Shown here: positions 52,765-61,463 of the stretch, in pieces
How positions within the stretch are numbered: position 1 is the stretch's first letter
Layout: each line of letters begins with the position of its first letter
Assembly: GCA_035513155.1 (NCBI GenBank)
Contig: DATKCO010000003.1
Coordinates: 543 to 64,542, forward strand
Reading direction: 5' to 3'
Origin: Gemmatimonadota bacterium
Lineage (GTDB): Bacteria; Gemmatimonadota; Gemmatimonadetes; JACCXV01; JAHWKZ01
DNA: 64,000 nucleotides
Program-made: the position numbers and the translations under genes
Notes under the pieces: model-generated
Databases searched by the model: none
What the model was told of the DNA's origin: nothing
What the model saw: the letters and a program-made list of their open reading frames with translations, nothing else

Positions 52765-52915
52765 GGGGACTCCTCTCGGGGAGGGACGAGTGACTCGGTC
52801 GCCGAAGGTAACGCCCGCCGGGGGCTTTCCCAAAAGGCGGACTTGAGGATCGGGCCCCGAAAGTGCTTATCTTAAAGGCTGGAGCAGGAATCGCACCGAG
52901 CATCGGGAGGCAGAG

Positions 52916-53191
52916 ATGGAGACGCGGAAGTGCGTCGTTCGCGGGCGTGTCCAGGGAGTCGGGTTCCGCTGGTTCGTGACGCGGAACGCCAAGGACCTGG
53001 GTGTCCGCGGCACGGTGCGAAACCGCACGGACGGAGCCGTCGAGGCGGTGCTCCAGGCCGACGGGCCGGAGCCCGTGGAGAGCCTGATCGCGCGCATTCG
53101 CAGCGGCCCGCCCGCTTCCCGCGTGGAGGCCGTCGACTGCGCGCCGGTGGACGACGGCGCGCGCTTCGAGCGGTTCGAGGTCACCGGATGA
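52916..53191 (+). CDS. acyP: Acylphosphatase
   Basis: 'VRGRVQGVGFRWFVTRNAKDLGVRGTVRNRTDGAVEAV'. Confidence 0.85.
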   Translation: METRKCVVRGRVQGVGFRWFVTRNAKDLGVRGTVRNRTDGAVEAVLQADGPEPVESLIARIRSGPPASRVEAVDCAPVDDGARFERFEVTG

Positions 53192-53784
53192 AGCGGGACA
53201 GGAGGAGCATCGGGGCCACGGTGGGAGTCCTCGCGCTGGTCGGGACGCCGGCCTGCGCGCCGGTCTATTCGGAGACGGCGCCACCGCCCGCGCGGGTGCT
53301 GGTCGATCACCCCGCCAACTCATCGCCTCCCGCCGGAGAGGCGCCCGCGCTCGAGCGCGCACTGGGCGCGCTCGTATGGCCGCTCGCGGCCGACGGGGCC
53401 GCGCTCCTGAGCTCGAGCTACGGCGACCGGGTCCACCCGGGCTCCGGCGACCCGCGCTTCCACGGCGGTCTCGACCTGCGCGCCCCAGGGGGTACGCCGG
53501 TCTACGCCGCCGCCGCCGGTATGGTCGTCGAGAGCGGCTCTTCCGGGGCCTACGGCAACGTCGTGGTCGTCGATCACGGCGGCGGTCTCCGGACCCTCTA
53601 CGCCCATCACCAGCGGAACCTCGTGCGCGCCGGCGACCGCGTGCGCCGCGGACAGCCGATCGCCCTGGTCGGGCACACTGGCAACGCGACCGGGGATCAT
53701 CTCCACTTCGAGGTGCGCTGGAAGGACGGGACCGTCGACCCGCGTGTCGTGCTGCCCCGGCTTTCCGCGTCGGCGGCCCGATGA
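53188..53784 (+). CDS. M23-family metallopeptidase (lipoprotein)
   Basis: 'HGGLDLRAPGGTPVYAAAAGMVV...GNVVVVDHGGGLRTLYAH...GHTGNATGDHLHFEV'. Lipobox-like 'LVGTPACA'. Confidence 0.85.
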   Translation: MKRDRRSIGATVGVLALVGTPACAPVYSETAPPPARVLVDHPANSSPPAGEAPALERALGALVWPLAADGAALLSSSYGDRVHPGSGDPRFHGGLDLRAPGGTPVYAAAAGMVVESGSSGAYGNVVVVDHGGGLRTLYAHHQRNLVRAGDRVRRGQPIALVGHTGNATGDHLHFEVRWKDGTVDPRVVLPRLSASAAR

Positions 53785-54326
53785 GCGAGCTCGAACGAAG
53801 TTCGCTGGAACAGCGGCTGCGCGCGTCGATCCGCGACATCCCCGATTTTCCCAAGCCGGGGATCCTCTTCAAGGACATCACGCCCGCGCTTCTCGATCCG
53901 GCCCTGTTTCGTGAGACCGTGGGCGCGCTCGCCGACTGGACGCGGGAGAAGGCCGCCGCGAAGGTCATCGGTGTCGACGCCCGCGGGTTCCTGTTCGCCG
54001 GCGCGGTCGCCGACCGCCTGGGGATCGGCCTGGTGCCGGTCCGCAAGCCCGGGAAGCTCCCGTTCGAGACGGTGAGCGAGTCGTACGACCTGGAGTACGG
54101 GGTCAACACCCTCGAGCTTCACACCGACGCGATCGGCAGGGGCGAGAGGATCGTGGTCGTCGACGACCTGCTCGCCACGGGCGGGACCGTGGAGGCGGCC
54201 GTGCGGCTGGTGGAAGCCCTGGGCGGATCGATCGTCGGCCTGGCGTTCGTCGTCGAGCTCGGCTTCCTGAACGGTCGCGCTCGGCTCGACGGCTACGACA
54301 CGATGAGCCTTGTCGCGTTCGACTGA
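53781..54326 (+). CDS. apt: Adenine phosphoribosyltransferase
   Basis: 'IRDIPDFPKPGILFKDITP...RIVVVDDLLATGGT'. Confidence 0.9.
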   Translation: MSELERSSLEQRLRASIRDIPDFPKPGILFKDITPALLDPALFRETVGALADWTREKAAAKVIGVDARGFLFAGAVADRLGIGLVPVRKPGKLPFETVSESYDLEYGVNTLELHTDAIGRGERIVVVDDLLATGGTVEAAVRLVEALGGSIVGLAFVVELGFLNGRARLDGYDTMSLVAFD

Positions 54327-55335
54327 CGCAGGCTCCTCCCACGCCGGAAGGAGCGGACGAGCTCCGGTGCCCATCGGTTCGCTCGAGGAGAACGGGGGAG
54401 GGAGGGGGGACTTCGTCCCGGGCCCGGAGTGGCTGTCACGCGCGCTGCTGCTCGATCCCACCGTGCCCGATCCGGGCGTGGCCTGCTGGGCGGACGCCCG
54501 CTCGCTGGGGCTCGTTCGGCTGCCGATCCTCCTCGGGTGGCGCCGAAGCGGGGGCGCGGTCGTCGTGGGGACGAGCGAGCGCGTCGCCGAGGCCGGGCTC
54601 CTGACCGCCACGCTCGAGCTCGCCGAAAGGACCGCGGAGTGGACCCCCGGCCGGTGGGGCGATGCCTTCCGTTCCTTCTGGTCGAGCGCCGACGCCTCGC
54701 TCCGCGAGGCCCTGGCGACCCGGTTGCCGCTTCCCGCGACCGAGCCCTGGTCGCTGGTGAATTGGTCCGAGGCCGTCTGGGGGACCTACGCCGAGTCGGG
54801 ATCGACCGCCGTGGCGCTGGTCGCGCGGGAGCTGGGACCCGACGTGCTCTCGTCGCTGGAATGGCTGGGGCGCCGCACCGGATGGGTGGCCGGGTACTCC
54901 GCCGAGCCCCTGGACGAGGACGGTCGGCGGATCCGCTGCTTCCGCGTGGCCGGCAGCCTCGGCCCGGAGGCCGCGCGACCGTTGCCGGGAGAGGCCGGCC
55001 GCTCCCCGACGGAAGGATCGCCGGACCCCCTCGATACGGTGGAGCGCCTGGCGCTCGACGCGGGGGCGAGCGTTTCCTGGTCGCGCCGGGACTGGGTCCG
55101 GTTCCACGGCACCGGCGGCACGATCCGGGTCTTCCCGCGAGAGGACGCCGTCTGGCTGCAGCTCGTGGGAGCCGACGAGGGAACGCTGGCGGGGTTGCGC
55201 TTCCGCCATGGTGTGCCGTTGGAGCCGCCCGGGTCTCCCGACGCGCCTCCCGGCGCGCATCTCGCCCTCCGTTCGAACGCCGAGGTGACCGCGAAGGTCG
55301 AGGCCGTGATTCGGGAGTGGCTGCAGGGGGGTTAG
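54310..55335 (+). CDS. Hypothetical protein (no recognisable family; start uncertain)
   Basis: A long ORF in the gap between apt and mobA. Its composition is less Arg/Pro-skewed than the antisense alternative (54436..55524). Confidence 0.35.
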   Translation: MSRSTDAGSSHAGRSGRAPVPIGSLEENGGGRGDFVPGPEWLSRALLLDPTVPDPGVACWADARSLGLVRLPILLGWRRSGGAVVVGTSERVAEAGLLTATLELAERTAEWTPGRWGDAFRSFWSSADASLREALATRLPLPATEPWSLVNWSEAVWGTYAESGSTAVALVARELGPDVLSSLEWLGRRTGWVAGYSAEPLDEDGRRIRCFRVAGSLGPEAARPLPGEAGRSPTEGSPDPLDTVERLALDAGASVSWSRRDWVRFHGTGGTIRVFPREDAVWLQLVGADEGTLAGLRFRHGVPLEPPGSPDAPPGAHLALRSNAEVTAKVEAVIREWLQGG

Positions 55336-55937
55336 CGTCGCTCGCGGCGGGCGCGTTCGAGCGCCTGCGCGTCGTTGACGTTCAGGAGCGCGCGCCGGGG
55401 ATCGAGATCCTCTCTCCCGTCCAGGGCCACCTCCACGGCTCCGATCTCGTCGAGCACGGCCTGGACGCGCCGCGCGCCGCGGGCGAGGGAGCGCACGCAC
55501 GCACCCGCCGCGTCGGAGCGCCACACCGCCACGAGCGGGTGGCTCCGGCCCTCGAGGGTGGGAACGGCGGCGGCGGCCCCGGGGGCCGCGGCGAGGAGCG
55601 CGGTGTAGAGCGCCGGATCCACGAACGGATAGTCACACGCCGCCACCGCCACCGGGACGGCCCCGCCGCCGCCCGCGACCGTGAGGCCCTCGGCGAGACC
55701 GGCGAGCGGCCCTTCGCCGGGGCGACGGTCGTCGACCCGGAGGTAGTCGCCCGCGGGCAGCTCCTGTCCCGGGCGTGCCGACACGACGACGCCGGCGGCG
55801 AGCGGGGCGAGGCGCTCGATCACGTGGAGGAGGAGGGGCAGCTCGCCCCACGGGAGCCGCGCCTTGTCCTGACCCATGCGGCGACTGAACCCGCCGGCCA
55901 GGACGAGCAGCGGCAGACGTTCGGGAAGCTGCGGCAT
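55332..55937 (-). CDS. mobA: Molybdenum cofactor guanylyltransferase
   Basis: 'LLVLAGGFSRRMGQDKARLPWGELPLLLHVIERL...GEGPLAGLAEGL'. Confidence 0.75.
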   Translation of the reverse strand: MPQLPERLPLLVLAGGFSRRMGQDKARLPWGELPLLLHVIERLAPLAAGVVVSARPGQELPAGDYLRVDDRRPGEGPLAGLAEGLTVAGGGGAVPVAVAACDYPFVDPALYTALLAAAPGAAAAVPTLEGRSHPLVAVWRSDAAGACVRSLARGARRVQAVLDEIGAVEVALDGREDLDPRRALLNVNDAQALERARRERR

Positions 55938-56042
55938 GGGGCACAACTTACGCCCCTTACCCGATCCGGCGCCGACTGTTAAATTCCTCCGTTAACAGGC
56001 TTCGAGTCGCGCCGGGCGATGGCCCGCGCCGCTCCCGCATCC

Positions 56043-56119
56043 GCCCCCGTAGCTCAGGTGGATAGAGCAGCGGTTTCCTAAACCGCGTGTCGTGCGTTCG
56101 AATCGCGCCGGGGGCACCA
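56043..56119 (+). tRNA. tRNA-Arg (anticodon CCT), CCA encoded
   Basis: Hand fold: acceptor GCCCCCG/CGGGGGC, D stem GCTC/GAGC, anticodon stem GCGGT/ACCGC with loop TT-CCT-AA, T loop TTCGAAT. Confidence 0.95.
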
Positions 56120-56153
56120 CTCCCGCTCTCGAGTTCAAGGTGACTCTTATATC

Positions 56154-56885
56154 ATGAGTCGTAAACGATTGTCCAAAAAGCAGTTGCGACGTGACAAATT
56201 CGTCGAGCGGACGTTCGACTGGGCGCACTGGGCGGAGACCCATCGCCGGGAGATGATCGGCGGGGCCGTGGCGCTGGCGATCCTCGTGGCCGGCTTCTTC
56301 GTGTACCGGAACGTGTCGCGCGGGGCGGAGGAGGAAGCGGCCCGCGACTACCTGATGGCCCGCCAGGGGTACTTCGCCGGCAACTACCAGCTGGCCATCA
56401 GCGACCTCCAGCAGTTCGTCGACCGCCATGACGGGAGCTCCTACACCGGCGACGCCCTGCTCTTCCTGGGGGAGTCGCAGCTCGAGGCGGGTCTTCCGGA
56501 GGAGGCGGCGACCACCCTGGAGGAGCTCCTGAACGACCACGGGAGGTCCCCGCTCGCCGACAACGCCCGCCCGTTGCTGGCGGTGGCGTACGCGCAGGCG
56601 GGCCAGATGGACCGGGCGATCGAGACCTATCGGGCGGCGATCGAGGAGGCACCGTACGACGAGCTGAAGGCCCAGCTCCATCGCTCGCTCGCGCTCCTCT
56701 ACGAGTCGGAGTCGCGGATGGAGGAGGCGGCCGCCGAGTACCGGGCGATCATCGAGCTCAATCCCGAGGGACCGATGGCGAACGAGGCGCGACGCGAGAT
56801 CGCCGAGCTCACCGTGCAACCGCTGACCGGAGCCGGTTCGGTCGGGAACGCGGCCCCCGCGACGGCGGAGAGGTCGGCGCCCTGA
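56154..56885 (+). CDS. Membrane-anchored tetratricopeptide-repeat protein (YfgM/YbgF-like)
   Basis: Basic N-terminus plus one TM helix ('MIGGAVALAILVAGFFVY'). TPR-like repeats follow ('AAAEYRAIIELNPEGPMANEARREIAEL'). Confidence 0.7.
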   Translation: MSRKRLSKKQLRRDKFVERTFDWAHWAETHRREMIGGAVALAILVAGFFVYRNVSRGAEEEAARDYLMARQGYFAGNYQLAISDLQQFVDRHDGSSYTGDALLFLGESQLEAGLPEEAATTLEELLNDHGRSPLADNARPLLAVAYAQAGQMDRAIETYRAAIEEAPYDELKAQLHRSLALLYESESRMEEAAAEYRAIIELNPEGPMANEARREIAELTVQPLTGAGSVGNAAPATAERSAP

Positions 56886-57051
56886 GGGTGCTGGAGCGGA
56901 GCGGCTCGCAGGACGCGGAACCCCCCGTCAGGATGCAATGTCGCATAACGTATATTATGTAAAGCTACGGGTGATGGAGGTCAGCCGGGCCGTCTAGACC
57001 CACCCCTCCCCTCTCGCCTGCGGCCTCCTGGCTCTCCTGCTGGCCTCTGGC

Positions 57052-57963
57052 TTGCCAGCTAGATTCCCACCCGTGCCCGCCAGCCCACGCATCCTGATCC
57101 ATCTCGACCACAACCCGCACCCGCGGGTCTTCGACCAGATCATGTCGCTGGACGGCGGCGCGGATCAGATCCTCGCCCACGGCGACGTCGATCCCCAGGA
57201 CGTGCCCGTGCTCGTGTCGGGAGCTCTCTACTCGAGGCCGCGGGACGAGCTCCACCGGACCGCGCTCCTGATCACGGGCACCAACGACCACGTCATCGAC
57301 GAGATGGTGCGGCAGGCGCGGCGCGCCTTCTTCGGCCCGTACCGGATCTCGCTCATGTCGGAGTGCAAGGGCGGCAGCACGGTCGCCGGCGCGACCGTGG
57401 CGCGGGTGCGTCAGCTGGTGAACCTGACGAAGGCGCGCGTCGTCGTGATCGGCGGCGGCCCAGCGGGCGGCCGGGTCGCCGGCATCCTCGCCTCCGAGGG
57501 CGCACGCGTGCGCCTCTCCGTCTTCGACGAGGAGGAGGCCGACGAGCGGCGCTCGTTCGTCGAGGAGATGTTCGAGGAGGAGATCGAGGCCGTGGTCTGG
57601 AAGACCGGCGAGCCGCTGGAGGCGCTCGTCGACGGCGCGCGGGTCGTGATCACGGCGGGCCCGCCCGGGCTCCTCCTGCTGCCCCGCCGGGTCTGGTCGG
57701 CGATCGACGGTTTGGAGCTCCTCGTCGACATCAGCGGCGCCGAGCCCGCGGGGATCGAGGGGCTCTCCGGCGAGGAGGACGGCGATCCCCTCCCCAACGG
57801 ACACCACAACGTCCTCGCCGTCGGCGGGCTCGCCGTCTCCCGCTACAAGATCCGCGTCCACCGCGCGGCGGTGGCGGGCCTGTTCCATCGGGAGGCGGTC
57901 GTCCTCGGCCCCGTCGAGATCGCCAGGCTGGCGAGGGAGATCATCACCCCGTCCCTCGATTGA
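57052..57963 (+). CDS. NAD(P)-dependent methylene-tetrahydromethanopterin/methylene-H4F dehydrogenase (MtdA/MtdB)-family homologue
   Basis: It aligns by eye along its whole length to MtdA as I recall it: 'VFDQIMSLDGGADQILAHGDVDPQDV', 'FFGPYRISLMSECKGGSTVAGATVA', 'VVVIGGGPAGGRVAGILASEGARV', 'LAVGGLAVSRYKIRVHRAAVAGLF'. The start is either TTG at 57052 or GTG at 57073. Confidence 0.7.
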   Translation: MPARFPPVPASPRILIHLDHNPHPRVFDQIMSLDGGADQILAHGDVDPQDVPVLVSGALYSRPRDELHRTALLITGTNDHVIDEMVRQARRAFFGPYRISLMSECKGGSTVAGATVARVRQLVNLTKARVVVIGGGPAGGRVAGILASEGARVRLSVFDEEEADERRSFVEEMFEEEIEAVVWKTGEPLEALVDGARVVITAGPPGLLLLPRRVWSAIDGLELLVDISGAEPAGIEGLSGEEDGDPLPNGHHNVLAVGGLAVSRYKIRVHRAAVAGLFHREAVVLGPVEIARLAREIITPSLD

Positions 57964-58140
57964 CCCAGGCGGGTCCGCACGGGGTCCCCCCGAGAGCGGA
58001 TTTTCGGTGCCGGTCTCAATACCATAGTTCGACTTTCGGGTCTGCCGGAACGGCAGGTGCGGAATAAGCTGATGAGGGAACCCCGGATACCCCGAAACCG
58101 ATGCCAAGAACTCAGAAAGTTCCTCGGATGAAACGTCCAA

Positions 58141-58184
58141 GGCGCTGCCGTCCATGGCGTTGCGATGTCCGGCAGTCGAGCGCC
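58141..58184 (-). terminator. Imperfect hairpin just downstream of the aldehyde dehydrogenase stop (candidate end of the BMC operon)
   Basis: 'ggcgctgccg...cggcag(tcg)agcgcc' has 6+6 bp arms with a bulge. It is followed on the minus strand by 'TTGGACGTTTCATCC'. Confidence 0.35.
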
Positions 58185-58188
58185 TCGC

Positions 58189-59628
58189 CTATACGATCCG
58201 GAAGTAGTCGACCAGCACGCATCGCCGCCGGCGCACGAACGTCCGCGCCGACGTCGGGCCCTCTCCGGTGGGGGTCGAGATCGTCATCGCGGTCGGTCCT
58301 TCCCCGCCGAAGCCGAGCCCGGCCAGGCTGGGGCCGTTCTTGACGAAAATCGAGCAGTTCATCGCCACGGCCATGCGGTGGAGGGCGTCCAGGTCCTTCG
58401 AGTGCATGCAGGCCGTGTGCTTGAAGTCGTGCTCGAGCTCGACCGCCCAGTCGATCGCGGTGCGCACGTCGGGACAGCGGATGAGCGGCACGACCGGCGT
58501 CAGGAGCTCGAGGACCGCGAACGGGTGGTCCTTCGTCGTCTCGGCGACGAGAAGCCGGGTGGTTGCGGGAACGTCCTTGCCGATCAACCCCGCGAGCACG
58601 GCGGGGTCCTTCCCCACGAACTCCTTGTCCATTCGGGGCTCGGGGCCGGGATAGCCGGTCAGGATCGCGCGCGCCAGCGACTCGGCCTCGTCGGCGGAGA
58701 GGAGGACCGCGTCGTTCCGCTCGAGCTCGGCCAGGAGATCGTCGGCGATCGCGGCCTCGGCGAGGATCTCCTTCTCGCACGTGCAGACGACGTTGTTGTC
58801 GAACCCGGCGCCGGCCACGATGTCGCGCGCGGCCCGGGCGAGGTCCGCCGTCCGGTCGACGACGACCGGAGGGTTTCCCGGACCCGCCGCGATCACGCGC
58901 TTGTCGGACGCCTGCGCCGCCCGCACGACCCCGCCACCGCCGGTCACGACCAGCAGGTCGATCCCGGGGTGGTGGAACATCGCCTGCGCGGCCTCGATCG
59001 ACGGCTCGGCCACTGCGGTCAGGAGAGTCTCCGGTCCCCCCACCTCCGCGGACGCAGCGTTCATCAGGTGGATCGTGCGGTTGGTGACCGCGCGGGCCAG
59101 GGGGTGGGCGCCGAAGACGACCCCGTTGCCGGACGCGATCATCGAGATCCCGTTGTTGATGATCGTGGCGGCCGGATTGGTCGACGGGGTGACCGCCCCG
59201 ATGACCCCCCAGGGCGCCAGCTCGGTCAGCGTGAGGCCGTGGTCGCCGGAGAGGATCTCCGGCTGAAGGTCCTCGGTGCCGGGAGTCCGGTCGACGACGA
59301 GGCGGTTCTTGAGCGTCTTGCTGGGAACGTTGCCGAGGCGGGTCTCGGCGACTGCTTCCTCGGCCAGCGCGGCGGCTTCTTCTCCGAGGCGCTTCCGCTG
59401 GTTGGCGATGATCCGGTCGCGCAGCTCGAGCGTCCGGATCTCCCGCTGCGCGGCCCGGGCGGCGGCGACGGCCTGGTCGACGGTCTCGAAGATCCCCAGC
59501 GAGCCCGATCGTGGGGGCTCTCGCTCTCCGGCGCCAGCCGTCGGGGTGGGCGCGGCGCGGCGCCCACGGTCCAGCTCGGCCGTGATGCGGTCGACGATGG
59601 TGCGGATCTCGCGTTCGGTCAGCGACAC
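58189..59628 (-). CDS. CoA-acylating aldehyde dehydrogenase (EutE/PduP-type) with N-terminal encapsulation-peptide-like helix
   Basis: Catalytic region 'FDNNVVCTCEKEIL'. The C-terminus 'TISTPTGEGPTSARTFVRRRRCVLVDYFRIV' is typical of BMC AldDH. The N-terminal amphipathic 'EREIRTIVDRITAELDR' is followed by a Pro/Ala/Gly linker. Confidence 0.9.
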   Translation of the reverse strand: MSLTEREIRTIVDRITAELDRGRRAAPTPTAGAGEREPPRSGSLGIFETVDQAVAAARAAQREIRTLELRDRIIANQRKRLGEEAAALAEEAVAETRLGNVPSKTLKNRLVVDRTPGTEDLQPEILSGDHGLTLTELAPWGVIGAVTPSTNPAATIINNGISMIASGNGVVFGAHPLARAVTNRTIHLMNAASAEVGGPETLLTAVAEPSIEAAQAMFHHPGIDLLVVTGGGGVVRAAQASDKRVIAAGPGNPPVVVDRTADLARAARDIVAGAGFDNNVVCTCEKEILAEAAIADDLLAELERNDAVLLSADEAESLARAILTGYPGPEPRMDKEFVGKDPAVLAGLIGKDVPATTRLLVAETTKDHPFAVLELLTPVVPLIRCPDVRTAIDWAVELEHDFKHTACMHSKDLDALHRMAVAMNCSIFVKNGPSLAGLGFGGEGPTAMTISTPTGEGPTSARTFVRRRRCVLVDYFRIV

Positions 59629-59688
59629 GGATGGTGAGGCTCGGAGCGGCGGCGCGCGACCTCGGGCCGCGCGCCGGGCTCGGCGAGA

Positions 59689-59964
59689 CTACTCGGCGAC
59701 GATCGGGAAGTGTGCGTCCAGGTCCGAGTGCGGACGCGGGATCACGTGCACGGAGACGACCTCGCCCACCTTCTTCGCGGCGGCCGCGCCGGCGTCCACG
59801 GCGGCCTGGCAGGCAGCGACGTCGCCGCGGACCAGGGCCGTGACATAGCCAGCGCCGATCTTCTCGTACCCGACGAGCGTGACGCGCGCGGCCTTGACCA
59901 TCGCGTCGGCGGCCTCGATGAGCGCCACCAGCCCGCGCGTTTCGATCATCCCCAGTGCTTCCAT
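59689..59964 (-). CDS. BMC-H shell protein (single PF00936 domain)
   Basis: '[59 protein letters not shown]...VHVIPRPH'. Strong RBS GGGAGGAG. Confidence 0.95.
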   Translation of the reverse strand: MEALGMIETRGLVALIEAADAMVKAARVTLVGYEKIGAGYVTALVRGDVAACQAAVDAGAAAAKKVGEVVSVHVIPRPHSDLDAHFPIVAE

Positions 59965-60060
59965 TCGGGTTCTCCTCCCGGCCGAGGGGTCGTGCGGATG
60001 AGCGTCTCGCGCGCCGGCGAACGGCGCGTGTTCCTGGAATCAGGTCCTCGTGAAATCGAC

Positions 60061-60099
60061 CGGCCGGGGTCCTCCTGGTCGGTGCGGAGGAGCCGGCCG
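60061..60099 (-). other. Strong stem-loop inside the 167-nt gap between pta and the BMC-H gene
   Basis: 'cggccggggtcctcc-tggtcggtgc-ggaggagccggccg' forms a GC-rich stem of about 14 bp with one mismatch. No T-tract follows. Confidence 0.4.
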
Positions 60100-60131
60100 T
60101 TGAGCGAGTTTAAGCACGATGTTCCCGCTAT

Positions 60132-61145
60132 TCAAGTCGGTCCGCCCGATCGGGTCGCCTGGACGCAGCCGATGAGCGCCACGTTGACGAGGTCCTCGGC
60201 CGAGGCGCCGCGCGAGACGTCGTGCATCGGGGCGGCGAGTCCCTGGAGGAGGGGTCCCAGCGCGGTCATGCCCCCGAACCGCTGGGCGAGCTTGTAGCCG
60301 ATGTTGCCGCTGTCGAGATCGGGGAACACGAGCACGTTGGCCCGGCCCGCGAGCGGGCTGTCGGGCGCCTTGGCGGCGGCGACCTCGGGGACGATGGCGG
60401 CGTCGAGCTGGAGCTCGCCGTCGACGACGAGGTCGCCCCGCCGCGCGCGGACTTTCCGGGTCGCCTCGACGACTCGCTCCACCCGCGCGTGTCGGGCACT
60501 CCCCCGGGTCGAGAAGGAGAGCATGGCGATCCGCGGCTCCTCGCCGGTCAGGGCGCGGTGGGTCTCGGCGCTCGTGATCGCGATGTCGGCGAGCTGGTCG
60601 GCCGACGGAACGGGGACGACCCCGCAGTCGGCGAAGGTGTAGGCGGTCCCGTCTCCGGCCACCATGAGGAAGGCCGACGACACGGTGGCGATCCCGGGCG
60701 CGGTGCCGACGACGAGGATCGCCGCGCGGACGGTCTCCGCGGTGGTCGAGAGGTTCCCCGCCACGCAGACGTCGGCCTCCCCCCGCGCGACCAGGGACGC
60801 GCCAAAGCCCGGCCCGGTCTCGAGGAGGGCGCGGGCGTCGCGGGCGGAGGCCTCCCTTCCCCGCGCCCGCCAGCGCCCGGCGAGCTCGTCGGCGGAGGCG
60901 TCGAGCCGGGGCGAGCCGGAGGGATGGACGAGCTCGATTCCCTCGAGGCCGACGCCGGCGCGGTCGGCGGCCTCGCGGAGCGCAATCGGCCCGCCGAGGA
61001 GGACGACCCGAGCGAACCGTTCGTCGGTGAGGCGGCGGGCGGCGAGCGCGGCCCGCGGGTCCGCGCCATCGGCGAGCACGACCCGGCGCGGGCCGGCGCG
61101 CCGCGCCCGGTCCCGCAGCTCGGCGAGCAGATCGCGGCGGGTCAT
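60132..61145 (-). CDS. pta: Phosphate acetyl/acyl-transferase (PTA_PTB domain only)
   Basis: '[17 protein letters not shown]', '[20 protein letters not shown]' and '[23 protein letters not shown]'. ATGA overlap with the upstream small gene. Confidence 0.9.
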   Translation of the reverse strand: MTRRDLLAELRDRARRAGPRRVVLADGADPRAALAARRLTDERFARVVLLGGPIALREAADRAGVGLEGIELVHPSGSPRLDASADELAGRWRARGREASARDARALLETGPGFGASLVARGEADVCVAGNLSTTAETVRAAILVVGTAPGIATVSSAFLMVAGDGTAYTFADCGVVPVPSADQLADIAITSAETHRALTGEEPRIAMLSFSTRGSARHARVERVVEATRKVRARRGDLVVDGELQLDAAIVPEVAAAKAPDSPLAGRANVLVFPDLDSGNIGYKLAQRFGGMTALGPLLQGLAAPMHDVSRGASAEDLVNVALIGCVQATRSGGPT

Positions 61146-61456
61146 GGGCCGAGGCGCTCGAGCAGCCGGCGGGCGATCTCGCGGACCTGCGCGGGATCGG
61201 CGCCCGGCACCCGCGCGCGGACGCGCTCGACGATCCGCTCGGCGTCGTCGGGATCGCAGGTGGCGGACCGGCGCCCGGCGGGGGGCGTCGCGGCCGAGCG
61301 CTCGACGGTCGCCTCGACCAGCTCGACCGCGCGCCGGGACGCCTCGTCCCGCGCCAGCGGGGTGACGATCGCGTCCAGCGGCACGGCGAGCCGGGTTTGG
61401 CCCGCGCGTGCGGCCGCGCGGACGTCCTCGGCGGAGACGACCGGCCGGCTCACCAC
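61142..61456 (-). CDS. Small BMC-locus protein (104 aa) of unknown function downstream of ParA
   Basis: GTG-GTG start 7 nt after the parA stop. '[33 protein letters not shown]' recalls the short 'TP(L/S)ARD' N-terminal motif seen in some Eut/Pdu-associated proteins. A central low-complexity stretch is followed by a C-terminal amphipathic '[13 protein letters not shown]'. Confidence 0.5.
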   Translation of the reverse strand: MVSRPVVSAEDVRAAARAGQTRLAVPLDAIVTPLARDEASRRAVELVEATVERSAATPPAGRRSATCDPDDAERIVERVRARVPGADPAQVREIARRLLERLGP

Positions 61457-61463
61457 CGCCCCC

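Noticed and set aside
55992-56819. 275-aa minus ORF overlapping tRNA-Arg and the TPR gene
   Set aside because: It runs through a hand-folded canonical tRNA and is antisense to a TPR protein with a clear TM anchor. It is a shadow ORF.
57964-58188. Possible BMC-P (EutN/CcmL) gene or ncRNA in the spacer between the MtdA-like and AldDH genes
   Set aside because: No ORF of about 90 aa with a 'MxLAxVxGTVV'-type N-terminus occurs in any frame. There are only short hairpins (for example ctgccg-gaa-cggcag) consistent with convergent terminators.
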